Part shown: positions 17,264 through 24,791 of the stretch, one piece after another
Position numbering within the stretch: the stretch's first letter is position 1
Layout of the letters: every line of letters begins with the position of its first letter
Source of the DNA: Patescibacteria group bacterium
GTDB taxonomy: Bacteria; Patescibacteriota; Minisyncoccia; Phycocordibacterales; UBA2100
Assembly (NCBI GenBank): GCA_015491135.1
Contig: WFWK01000073.1
Span: forward strand, 1 to 32,330
Direction of reading: 5' to 3'
Length of the DNA: 32,330 bases
Position numbers and translations under genes: made by a program
The notes under the pieces: model-generated
Seen by the model: the letters and a program-made list of their open reading frames with translations, nothing else
Told to the model about the DNA's origin: nothing
Databases searched by the model: none

Positions 17264-17617
17264 TTATGAATTCATTTCTTCTTTGATGTCATCAATTACA
17301 TTTTCAACTTCATCCATTGAAGTTTGCTCCTCTGCCGGTGCTTGTTGTGCTTGTTCATTTTGGTTTTGCGCTCCTTCCGGCTCGTTTATTTTAAGGTTTA
17401 CACGAGCGCCGTATTTTACACCGACAACGCGAAGCAAAGTGCGTATTGCCTTTGCGGTGTTACCTGAGCGTCCGATAACCTTACCCATGTCTTCACTGTT
17501 GACATCAAGGGTAAGAAGTACACCCATTTCATCAACTTTGCGAGTAATTTTGACATCCTCCGGATGATCAACTAACGCCTTAACGACGTACTCGAGAAAT
17601 TCTTGATCTTTCTCCAT
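17264..17617 (-). CDS. KH-domain RNA-binding protein (YlqC/UPF0109-like) with an acidic, Gln-rich C-terminal tail
   Basis: The KH core with GxxG reads VKALVDHPEDVKI...DMGKVIGRSGNTAKAIRTLLRVV. It occupies the conserved position between rpsP and trmD. Confidence 0.85.
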   Translation of the reverse strand: MEKDQEFLEYVVKALVDHPEDVKITRKVDEMGVLLTLDVNSEDMGKVIGRSGNTAKAIRTLLRVVGVKYGARVNLKINEPEGAQNQNEQAQQAPAEEQTSMDEVENVIDDIKEEMNS

Positions 17618-17671
17618 AAATCTGTTTAACCGATAATGCGCAAATTATGACAGAAAAAAATTTTTTTGCAA

Positions 17672-17699
17672 GAGAAAAAGCTCCGGTTATGGAGCTTTT
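17672..17699 (-). terminator. Hairpin terminator after rpsP
   Basis: AAAAGCTCC-GGTTAT-GGAGCTTTT. A T-run follows on the - strand. Confidence 0.6.
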
Positions 17700-17720
17700 A
17701 TCTTTATTTTTACGGTTAAG

Positions 17721-18206
17721 TTACTCTTCTTTTTTGTCTTCGGCTTCAGTTTCAGGATTATCAGTGTTCTCTTCGGTTTTCTCTTCTTGAGTCTCTTCTT
17801 TGCTCTCAGTTTGCTCTTCAGATGCATTGTTTGCCGGTGATTCTTCTGTTGTTGCTTGTTCGCTTGTCTCACCTTCTGTTTCCGCTTTTTCAGGGCTCTC
17901 TTCACTTGCTTCTTGTTCACCCTCTTTCTGTATAGGAGTTTTTTTAGGCAAAACGTTTTTCGCTTTACCTTCAATAATATTGTTTTTTACCAGTAAATTG
18001 TAGACTGTATCTGTCGGTTGCGCCCCTTTTGACAGCCAGTATTTAATTTTATCCTCCAGCAGAACAACATTGTCGCTGTTTGGATCCCATGAACCCACAC
18101 GCTCTATATAATCTCCACTTTTGGGCGCTCTTGTGTGCTCTATAACGACAATACGAAAAGCCGATCGGTTTCTTCGCCCTATTCTTTGCAATCTGATTTT
18201 TAACAT
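17721..18206 (-). CDS. rpsP: 30S ribosomal protein S16 with an E/T-rich C-terminal extension of about 70 aa
   Basis: The N-terminus MLKIRLQRIGRRNRSAFRIVV...GSWDP is canonical S16. The tail is low-complexity and acidic (EEASEESPEKAETEGE...). Confidence 0.93.
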   Translation of the reverse strand: MLKIRLQRIGRRNRSAFRIVVIEHTRAPKSGDYIERVGSWDPNSDNVVLLEDKIKYWLSKGAQPTDTVYNLLVKNNIIEGKAKNVLPKKTPIQKEGEQEASEESPEKAETEGETSEQATTEESPANNASEEQTESKEETQEEKTEENTDNPETEAEDKKEE

Positions 18207-18290
18207 GACAAGTACTCTAACAAATTTTTCAAAAAAAGCAATGCTTACTTGCGCCTGGACAAATATTTCAAAAATGGCTATTATTCATTC

Positions 18291-19514
18291 ATGAACACAA
18301 CCCCAAAAAAAGTATGGCAAACCGACTCGTCACTGCACCCTAAAATAGAACAGTACACGGTTGGTTCGGACTACCTGCTTGATCAGACTTTAATCCCCTA
18401 TGATCTGCGCGCAAGCGCCGCCCATGCGCACATGCTCAAAGAAATGGGTATTTTGACCAACAAAGAACTCGAGACCTTACTCAAAGGATTACGCGAGATA
18501 GAAACACTGTGGAGGAAGGGTGAATTTTCCATCTCTCAATCTCAAGAGGATGGACACACGGCCATAGAACAGTATCTCACCGAGCACTACGGAGAGGTCG
18601 GCAAAAAACTGCACACCGCTCGTAGTCGCAACGACCAAGTGCTTGTCATGTTGCGCTTGTACATGAAAGAAGTTCTTACAAAAGCCATTGACCTCACCTC
18701 AAAAGTGCGCACCGTCTTTAAAGAGCGCGCCAAAAAAGACAACTCCCCCATGCCCGGGTTTACCCATATGCAAAAAGCGATGCCAACCACCACCAACATG
18801 TGGTTTTCATCGTATGCCGACGCATTTGCCGATACCCTTCCTCTTCTCAAAAGCACCCTGCGTATCATTGACCAAAACCCGCTCGGTTCCGCATCCGGTT
18901 TTGGTATTCGCAATCTCAAGCTAAAGCGCTCAGTTACCACCAATTACTTGGGCTTTGCAAAAACCCAGCAAAACCCCATGTACTGTGGTATGTCTCGTGG
19001 CTACTTTGAAGAGCTCACGCTCTCGGCCCTGTCTCCGGCCATGCTCCTTGCGGGAAAATTCGCAAGCGATATGCTGTTGTTTAGTATGGATGCGTTTGGG
19101 TTCTTTTCGTTATCGCAACAATTTACCACCGGTTCCTCTATTATGCCGCAGAAAAGAAACTACGATGTATACGAAATTATGCGCGGAAACGGCAGAGTGT
19201 TTGAAGCAAAACGTCGGGAAATCAGAGATATCATCGCATCACTCGGCAGTGGCTACCATCGCGATTTTCAATTGACAAAGAAACCTTTCCTTGAAGGGGT
19301 TGCTTTGTTTGAAGAGACGATGGGCATACTTGCTTTGACAATTCCGCGCATTAAAACTCATCATGAACGCTTGGCTCATGCCATGACGGACGATTTGTTT
19401 GTTACCGAGCAGGTATATGAACGAGTAAAGCGTGGGGAGAGTTTTCGCGATGCATACCGAGCGGTTAAAAAGCAATGGGAACAACAACGCAATGCACACA
19501 AAAAAGCGGAATAG
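18291..19514 (+). CDS. argH: Argininosuccinate lyase-like enzyme (fumarate-lyase superfamily)
   Basis: ArgH-type blocks are HTARSRNDQV, MPGFTHMQKAMP and the signature GSSIMPQKRNYDVYE. The start is ATG 18291 (MNTTPKKVW). At 407 aa it is somewhat shorter than typical ArgH. Confidence 0.82.
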   Translation: MNTTPKKVWQTDSSLHPKIEQYTVGSDYLLDQTLIPYDLRASAAHAHMLKEMGILTNKELETLLKGLREIETLWRKGEFSISQSQEDGHTAIEQYLTEHYGEVGKKLHTARSRNDQVLVMLRLYMKEVLTKAIDLTSKVRTVFKERAKKDNSPMPGFTHMQKAMPTTTNMWFSSYADAFADTLPLLKSTLRIIDQNPLGSASGFGIRNLKLKRSVTTNYLGFAKTQQNPMYCGMSRGYFEELTLSALSPAMLLAGKFASDMLLFSMDAFGFFSLSQQFTTGSSIMPQKRNYDVYEIMRGNGRVFEAKRREIRDIIASLGSGYHRDFQLTKKPFLEGVALFEETMGILALTIPRIKTHHERLAHAMTDDLFVTEQVYERVKRGESFRDAYRAVKKQWEQQRNAHKKAE

Positions 19515-19569
19515 TGCTTGCAAAGAAATTTGTGAGCACTACCCCGCTCTTTTGAACAGGAGGAGTATC

Positions 19570-19749
19570 ATGTGCACAATCATGCTCACAAGGCGCCAAC
19601 TCACGGAGTTGAAAACCAAAGGAGAGATAAGCATAATCTCAAAAGAAGGCAAAAAAGTATTACTGTGTTACAAAAACACACCTGAGACACAAGAAGAGGT
19701 GAAAGAAAAAATACGAGATACGGATGGTCATCTCATTTATACCTCGTAA
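19570..19749 (+). CDS. Hypothetical 59-aa protein
   Basis: An AGGAGG RBS lies 6 nt upstream of the ATG at 19570. A strong terminator follows at 19755-19778. The sequence is MCTIMLTRRQLTELKTKGEISIISKEGKKVLLCYKNTPETQEEVKEKIRDTDGHLIYTS. I recognise no family. Confidence 0.45.
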   Translation: MCTIMLTRRQLTELKTKGEISIISKEGKKVLLCYKNTPETQEEVKEKIRDTDGHLIYTS

Positions 19750-19754
19750 AACTG

Positions 19755-19785
19755 CGGTGCCATCACTTGATGGCACCGTATTTTT
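19755..19785 (+). terminator. Rho-independent terminator
   Basis: CGGTGCCATC pairs with GATGGCACCG (10 bp) around a 4-nt loop, followed by TATTTTT. Confidence 0.75.
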
Positions 19786-19803
19786 CTTGTAACCTACTAT
19801 CAA

Positions 19804-20535
19804 ATGCAGTCACACAATAAATTAATTTTTGGCATATTGGGGGGCATGGGACCGCTCGCCAGTGCCTATACTTATCTTCGTCTTGTTGAAAAAGCGCAAA
19901 AAGAGTACGGGGCGGTACAAGATACCGACTACCCGCACCTTCTCATCAACTCTATCGCGCTTGATGCATTTGATGAGACGGGAATACGCGACAGCGAAAC
20001 GGTGCACATGCAACTAAAAACGGAACTTGATCGTCTCGCCGATGCCGGTTGCAACAATATAATCATGGCATGCAATACGGTGCATGTGTTGTATGAAAAA
20101 TTGCGCGATCACCTCGCCGATAAAAGTACACTCATAAACCTACCTAATGAAGTGGCAAAACGTATAGTTAAACACTCGTTAACACATGTCGGCATACTCT
20201 CGTCGGAAACAACCAGATCGTCGCAACTTTACCAGCACGCCCTGGAAAAACATAATATTATCGCGCACGCCGTCACCGAAGCCGAACAGCAAGAACTTAA
20301 TAAAATTATTATGCATGTTATGGGCGGAAACCACACCACCGCCGACACCGACACCCTGGGTCGCATTGCTCGCAATCTCATCAAACGACATGGGGTTGAA
20401 GGTATCGTGGTCGCCTGCACTGAATTACCCATTCCCTTCCCTACTTCCTTTGAGGTTCCGATTTTTGACACTATCGCCACTATCGCAGATGTTATTCTGG
20501 AAAAACACTACAGCACGACCAATTCAACATCTTAA
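19804..20535 (+). CDS. Aspartate/glutamate racemase family protein (aspartate-racemase-like)
   Basis: GILGGMGPLAS is present, with the two catalytic-Cys motifs ACNTVH and ACTELP. It is 243 aa. Confidence 0.88.
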   Translation: MQSHNKLIFGILGGMGPLASAYTYLRLVEKAQKEYGAVQDTDYPHLLINSIALDAFDETGIRDSETVHMQLKTELDRLADAGCNNIIMACNTVHVLYEKLRDHLADKSTLINLPNEVAKRIVKHSLTHVGILSSETTRSSQLYQHALEKHNIIAHAVTEAEQQELNKIIMHVMGGNHTTADTDTLGRIARNLIKRHGVEGIVVACTELPIPFPTSFEVPIFDTIATIADVILEKHYSTTNSTS

Positions 20536-20615
20536 ATATAATTTAATGTTTGACGTGTTTATTTTTTTCTGTAAAAATACCGAGGGAACAACAAACTGAT
20601 TACGGAGGACAATCA

Positions 20616-21176
20616 ATGCGTATCATCGAGGCAGGTCACTACTATCTGGCACACGGGCCCACTCGCTGGTCGAAAATGGGAGTTACCATTCTGTCACATA
20701 TGCAACAACCGGGAGATGTTACACTGCTTTTTGTGGATGATATTCACACAGCAGATGAAGTACCACCTTCCGAAAAAAATGAACCGGTAATTCCTCATCT
20801 TGCCTACCAGCCGGATTTTATTTTATATGAATCAGCATTTCGTCAGGCTTCATACAATATTATCGATAACCTAAAGAGATTGCCTAAAAGAATACGCGCT
20901 CGGCAAAACAAACAATCGGGTCGATGGTTCTGTGGCAATGTGCCACTTACCACTAGTTCGGGAGATCCTACGTGTACACTTTATGATGTCGCCTTGACGC
21001 TTTGGAAAAGCGAACAAGCAAAAACCGTTATCAATATTTTGCCAGAGCATTACCGATCACAACAGTTACAAGTAATTTCGGTACTTAAAAAACTTGGGGT
21101 ACCGATTATTATGGAAATACGACTTTTCAATAACATTGGAAAAGTAACCGAGATTATAAAACAGTCCTTTGTGTAA
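20616..21176 (+). CDS. Hypothetical protein (186 aa), family not recognised
   Basis: A GGAGGA RBS lies 6 nt upstream of the ATG at 20616. A terminator follows at 21184-21207. The composition is globular (MRIIEAGHYYLAHGPTRW...LLFVDDIHTADE...TCTLYDVALTLW...). Confidence 0.6.
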   Translation: MRIIEAGHYYLAHGPTRWSKMGVTILSHMQQPGDVTLLFVDDIHTADEVPPSEKNEPVIPHLAYQPDFILYESAFRQASYNIIDNLKRLPKRIRARQNKQSGRWFCGNVPLTTSSGDPTCTLYDVALTLWKSEQAKTVINILPEHYRSQQLQVISVLKKLGVPIIMEIRLFNNIGKVTEIIKQSFV

Positions 21177-21183
21177 TAATTGA

Positions 21184-21212
21184 CCCTCGTCTTTCATAAG
21201 ACGAGGGTTTTA
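21184..21212 (+). terminator. Rho-independent terminator
   Basis: CCCTCGTCTT pairs with AAGACGAGGG (10 bp) around a 4-nt loop, followed by TTTTAT. Confidence 0.75.
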
Positions 21213-21302
21213 TAAAACCATATACTTGCCGGCTGTAAAGTTCCATTACAACAAATATACAATACAATGCATGTCGGGTTAACTTCACAAGGGAGAAAAG
21301 TC

Positions 21303-22394
21303 ATGAAAACATACCTCTATCGTTTCCCTAGCGCCACCTATCCCAGAGAGGTGCACACCAACCTTCCCTCCTCATCCAATATCGCCTCGTTTCGTGAGAT
21401 GGCACATGGATGCTTTTGGGTACGACGAAGAAGGGTATCCTCTGAGCGTTTATTGGTTGTCAGCGGCGGTATGCATGGTGACGAAAAAGCCGGTATCTTT
21501 ATTGTTGAGACTTTGCTCAACAAGCTTACCGAAGGTGTGATCAACCTTCATACAGATACCCTGCTATTGTTCGGCAACATAGAAGCGGCTTTTGCGCAAG
21601 ATGGCAAAGGAGTACGAGCACTTAAAGAGAATGGGTGTGGACATTTTAACAACCTGAACCGGTGTTTCGGCACCCCGTTTTCAAACCCAAAGTGCTATGC
21701 GCAAAAACGAGCCAACGAGATTATGCATGTGCTTGAAGAAGTAGCACCTAAGTATAAGCGCATTGATGCTATTGATGTGCATCAGAGCTTTGCGGTGCCA
21801 CTTGTTGAGGAGGTAAGGGATAATTGTCATAACCGCACGGAATACACCTACGCCATGGCATATCCGGGAGTACATCCCGAACATGAAGTGCTCAATTGGT
21901 TCTACCAAGAATACAGTGATATCGTAGCGGGAGTGGTGCTGTATCCGCCCGGCACTTATCCCACATTTGCCGGCTACATGGCGGCAACCTTCGGTGCTTA
22001 TGCAGCGACTTTTGAACAAGGTACTATTGGCTACCTTGATGAGGTTACATATACACCGCAGTTGCTTGCCAACCTTGAACGAAAATTAAGTGGCCGGTTT
22101 ATTATTGATAAACCGCTCGGGTTTGATGTGTGGGAAAAACGCCAAGATATTATCAAGGAACATACCGATTTTACCTTCCTTGATATAAACGGCAACCCAA
22201 CTCACACACCACCTCGCGACTTCGTCGCTTTTCCCCAGCAAGCGTACGCAAAACAAGGCGGTGTGCTTATCTACCGCGAAGGCAGAGAAAGACTTCTCTT
22301 TGCCAATCCCGACGTTCCCGTCGGAGACCGTACCGCCTGTGTTATCGCACGCAAAAAAGAAAACGGTGGCATCGCGCTACCGCCCTGTTATTAA
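21303..22394 (+). CDS. Succinylglutamate desuccinylase/aspartoacylase (AstE/AspA) family zinc amidohydrolase
   Basis: VVSGGMHGDEKAG is the HxxE zinc motif, with NLNRCF and IDVHQS also present. The start is set at MKTYLYRF (ATG 21303), which has a GGGAG RBS. Confidence 0.8.
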   Translation: MKTYLYRFPSATYPREVHTNLPSSSNIASFREMAHGCFWVRRRRVSSERLLVVSGGMHGDEKAGIFIVETLLNKLTEGVINLHTDTLLLFGNIEAAFAQDGKGVRALKENGCGHFNNLNRCFGTPFSNPKCYAQKRANEIMHVLEEVAPKYKRIDAIDVHQSFAVPLVEEVRDNCHNRTEYTYAMAYPGVHPEHEVLNWFYQEYSDIVAGVVLYPPGTYPTFAGYMAATFGAYAATFEQGTIGYLDEVTYTPQLLANLERKLSGRFIIDKPLGFDVWEKRQDIIKEHTDFTFLDINGNPTHTPPRDFVAFPQQAYAKQGGVLIYREGRERLLFANPDVPVGDRTACVIARKKENGGIALPPCY

Positions 22395-22399
22395 CTTAT

Positions 22400-22424
22400 G
22401 CCCCGCCAATAGGCGGGGCTTTTT
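22400..22424 (+). terminator. Rho-independent terminator
   Basis: GCCCCGCC-AATA-GGCGGGGC followed by TTTTT. Confidence 0.8.
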
Positions 22425-22541
22425 CAAGCATCTATTACAATACTCGCGGTTTTCATATCAAAGCTCTTAATGTATATATTTACGTATTGCTTTTGCTTAT
22501 GATGAATTTGCAAAGCGTCAAAAAAAGAGCATACTTACTAA

Positions 22542-24494
22542 ATGCAAAAAACAAAAAAGAAAACACGTTTCGGCAAAACAAGCAAGAGACGAAAAAAAGA
22601 ACAAAAAAAGCAAGAAAAAACTCTTACGGGTACAATATCTTTTAACTTTCGCGGCAAGGGCTTCATATCAGCTCCCGATTTTGCAAAAGAGTTTGAAGTA
22701 AACCCTGACGATACTTTTACTGCTTTACCCGGAGATGAGGTGGAGTTTGTTCCACTTAAAAACGGGAAAGCTAAAGTGATAAAAGTGCTAAACAGAAAAA
22801 CCGAAAAAATTGTCGGGGTTGCGCGCAAACACGGAAAACATTTTATTTTAATCCCGGAAGACAAAAGGATACCAACGGATTTTTTAATCCTAAACCCTCC
22901 TGAGAACTTACAAGACAATGCAGTAATTGTGGCAAAAATAAGCTGGGACAGCACACAAGAGTATCCAACGGCAACAACTGAAGAGATTCTTGGCAGAGTC
23001 GGAGCGCACGATACGATAATGCGCGCCATTTTGTACTCGCACGAATTTGAAGACAAATTTCCTCCACAAGTTAAAAAAGAGGCAAAAACTATCCAAGAAA
23101 AATTTCATGCAAACTTCTTTTCAAAAGATAAACGAAAAGACCTGACAGATACCCTCACGGTAACAATTGACCCGAAAAACGCTCAAGATTTTGATGATGC
23201 GATATCTTTACAGAAAACCGAAACCGGATACAAACTTGGTGTACATATTGCCGATGTTACTTTCTTTGTAAAACCACACAGCGCGCTTGATAAAGAAGCG
23301 CGCAAAAGAGCCACTTCGGTTTATTTGGTAGACAGAACAATCCCAATGCTTCCGGAAGAGCTTTCAAATGATGTTTGTAGCCTTGTACCAAATGAGGAGA
23401 GATTTGCGTTTTCCGTTCTTTTCAATTTAACATCAGAGGGCGAAATTGTTGATTTTGAAATTACAGAAAGTGTTATAAAATCAGACAAAAGACTCACTTA
23501 TACCCAAGCCCAAGAGATAATAAACTCTCCAAATACAGATGAGCTCTCGGTTATGCTCAAAGAAGCGCTCAAGCTTGCAGAAAAACTAAAAGAGAAAAGA
23601 AACAAAAAAGGCGCTTTGCAATTCTCCTCTCGCGAGGTTGAAATAGAGTTAGACAAAAACGGCAAACCCATAAGCATTAAAAAGAAAGAGGTTTTGCCCA
23701 CAATGGAGATGATAGAAGAGTTTATGTTGCTTGCAAATAGGGTGGTTGCCGAGTGGTCATCGTCTGCTTTTCCGAGTGATTTGTTGATTTACAGAATACA
23801 TGAGACCCCAGATGAGCAAAAAATAATTGAACTTAAGCAGTTTGTGCGCGCTTTGGGATATGATGCTTTAGACAATGTAAAATCAAGAATAACAAACAAA
23901 GATTTGGCTCGTCTGCTTTTGCAAGTAAAAAACACACCGCATCAAGAGCTGATTGAGCAGACACTGCTAAGATCGCTTGCAAAAGCAGTCTACAGCCACA
24001 AAAACGTTGGGCATTTTTCTTTGGGGTTTCCTTTCTATACTCATTTTACTTCCCCTATTCGTCGTTATCCGGATATTATGGTTCACAGAATAATAAAATC
24101 TCGCCTGCAAAACAAAAAAATTGCCAAAGATGAACTGGCAAGCTACATAAAACTGGCACAGCACAGCACAAAACGAGAAATAGAAGCTATGCGCGCCGAA
24201 AGAGACTCTATCGCACAAAAACAAACCGAGTATATGGCAGAGCATATAGGAGAAGTGTTTGAAGGGACCATAACGGGCGTAACCGAAAGAGGAATATTTG
24301 TTGCAGAACAACAAACAATGGCGGAAGGGTTTATTCCAATAAAAGATTTACCCGGCTTCTACAGTTTCAACGATAAAAAACTGAAACTTGAAAACAAAAA
24401 GGGTGTAGGATTTTCTCTGGGAGACAAAATAAAAATAAGATGCAAACAAGTTGATGTGGCTTCAAGGAAAATTACATGGCAGTTCGCTCAGTAG
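22542..24494 (+). CDS. rnr: Ribonuclease R (RNB family exoribonuclease) with a Lys-rich N-terminus and a C-terminal S1 domain
   Basis: RNB motifs are DPKNAQDFDDAISL, SVYLVDRTIPMLP and HFSLGFPFYTHFTSPIRRYPDIMVHR. The S1-like C-terminus reads GEVFEGTITGVTERGIFV. Confidence 0.93.
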   Translation: MQKTKKKTRFGKTSKRRKKEQKKQEKTLTGTISFNFRGKGFISAPDFAKEFEVNPDDTFTALPGDEVEFVPLKNGKAKVIKVLNRKTEKIVGVARKHGKHFILIPEDKRIPTDFLILNPPENLQDNAVIVAKISWDSTQEYPTATTEEILGRVGAHDTIMRAILYSHEFEDKFPPQVKKEAKTIQEKFHANFFSKDKRKDLTDTLTVTIDPKNAQDFDDAISLQKTETGYKLGVHIADVTFFVKPHSALDKEARKRATSVYLVDRTIPMLPEELSNDVCSLVPNEERFAFSVLFNLTSEGEIVDFEITESVIKSDKRLTYTQAQEIINSPNTDELSVMLKEALKLAEKLKEKRNKKGALQFSSREVEIELDKNGKPISIKKKEVLPTMEMIEEFMLLANRVVAEWSSSAFPSDLLIYRIHETPDEQKIIELKQFVRALGYDALDNVKSRITNKDLARLLLQVKNTPHQELIEQTLLRSLAKAVYSHKNVGHFSLGFPFYTHFTSPIRRYPDIMVHRIIKSRLQNKKIAKDELASYIKLAQHSTKREIEAMRAERDSIAQKQTEYMAEHIGEVFEGTITGVTERGIFVAEQQTMAEGFIPIKDLPGFYSFNDKKLKLENKKGVGFSLGDKIKIRCKQVDVASRKITWQFAQ

Positions 24495-24507
24495 ATTTAA
24501 AAATACT

Positions 24508-24538
24508 TGACAAATTTTTTATTTATGTTAGTATAATA
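24508..24538 (+). promoter_or_regulatory. Candidate sigma-70 promoter for the downstream RNA
   Basis: Perfect hexamers TTGACA (24508-24513) and TATAAT (24533-24538) are present. The 19-nt spacer is longer than optimal. Confidence 0.45.
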
Positions 24539-24539
24539 A

Positions 24540-24787
24540 TGCAGGTCGCAAGTTGCAACCTTGCCTAAAATCCCAGCGCCGACCGTGCCGGCGCAATATA
24601 AATCAGCGCACGGGAAAGGAGGGATTTTGAGATGAACATTGTTCATCTCGCACCCGGTTAGGCCGGGTAAATCTATTCTTGCACTTTCTAAATAGAGCTA
24701 GCCCCACGCCGTGAGGGGCGAAAGATCACGGCCAACCGCCCGCGAAGCGCAAAGCGTTTCGCGGGCATTTTCATTTGCAACTTGTGT
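24540..24787 (+). ncRNA. Structured non-coding RNA candidate, class unknown
   Basis: This convergent intergenic region is much more G+C-rich than other spacers. Stems lie at 24568-24575/24622-24629 (8 bp) and 24577-24582/24590-24595. A 9-bp hairpin lies at 24630-24650. Further hairpins lie at 24653-24669 and 24702-24720. A 13-bp terminator-like hairpin at 24739-24767 is followed by ATTTTCATTT. The ends can pair (24548-24559 with 24776-24787). Confidence 0.5.
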
Positions 24788-24791
24788 TGTT

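Noticed and set aside
17687-17974. 95-aa Lys-rich - strand ORF
   Set aside because: It is an alternate frame of the low-complexity GAA/GAG-rich tail of rpsP, and it extends past the rpsP terminator.
22538-23056. 172-aa - strand ORF antisense to the 5' end of rnr
   Set aside because: The rnr frame carries unambiguous RNB/S1 motifs further on and is continuous. The antisense frame is low-complexity (the complement of the Lys-rich segment) and has no signals.
24633-24662. 9-codon mini-ORF MNIVHLAPG* preceded by GGAAAGGAGGG
   Set aside because: The ATG and most of the ORF lie inside a perfect 9-bp hairpin. It is too short to evaluate, and the purine-rich stretch is as likely to be a structural strand.
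24540-24787. Assigning the intergenic RNA to RNase P, SRP/4.5S, tmRNA or 6S
   Set aside because: There is no GGAAAGUCC/ACAGAA P4 motif. There is no GGAAGCAGCC helix-8 motif. There is no tRNA-like acceptor or T-arm or tag ORF ending in ALAA. The multi-hairpin layout is unlike the 6S rod. It is left as unknown class.
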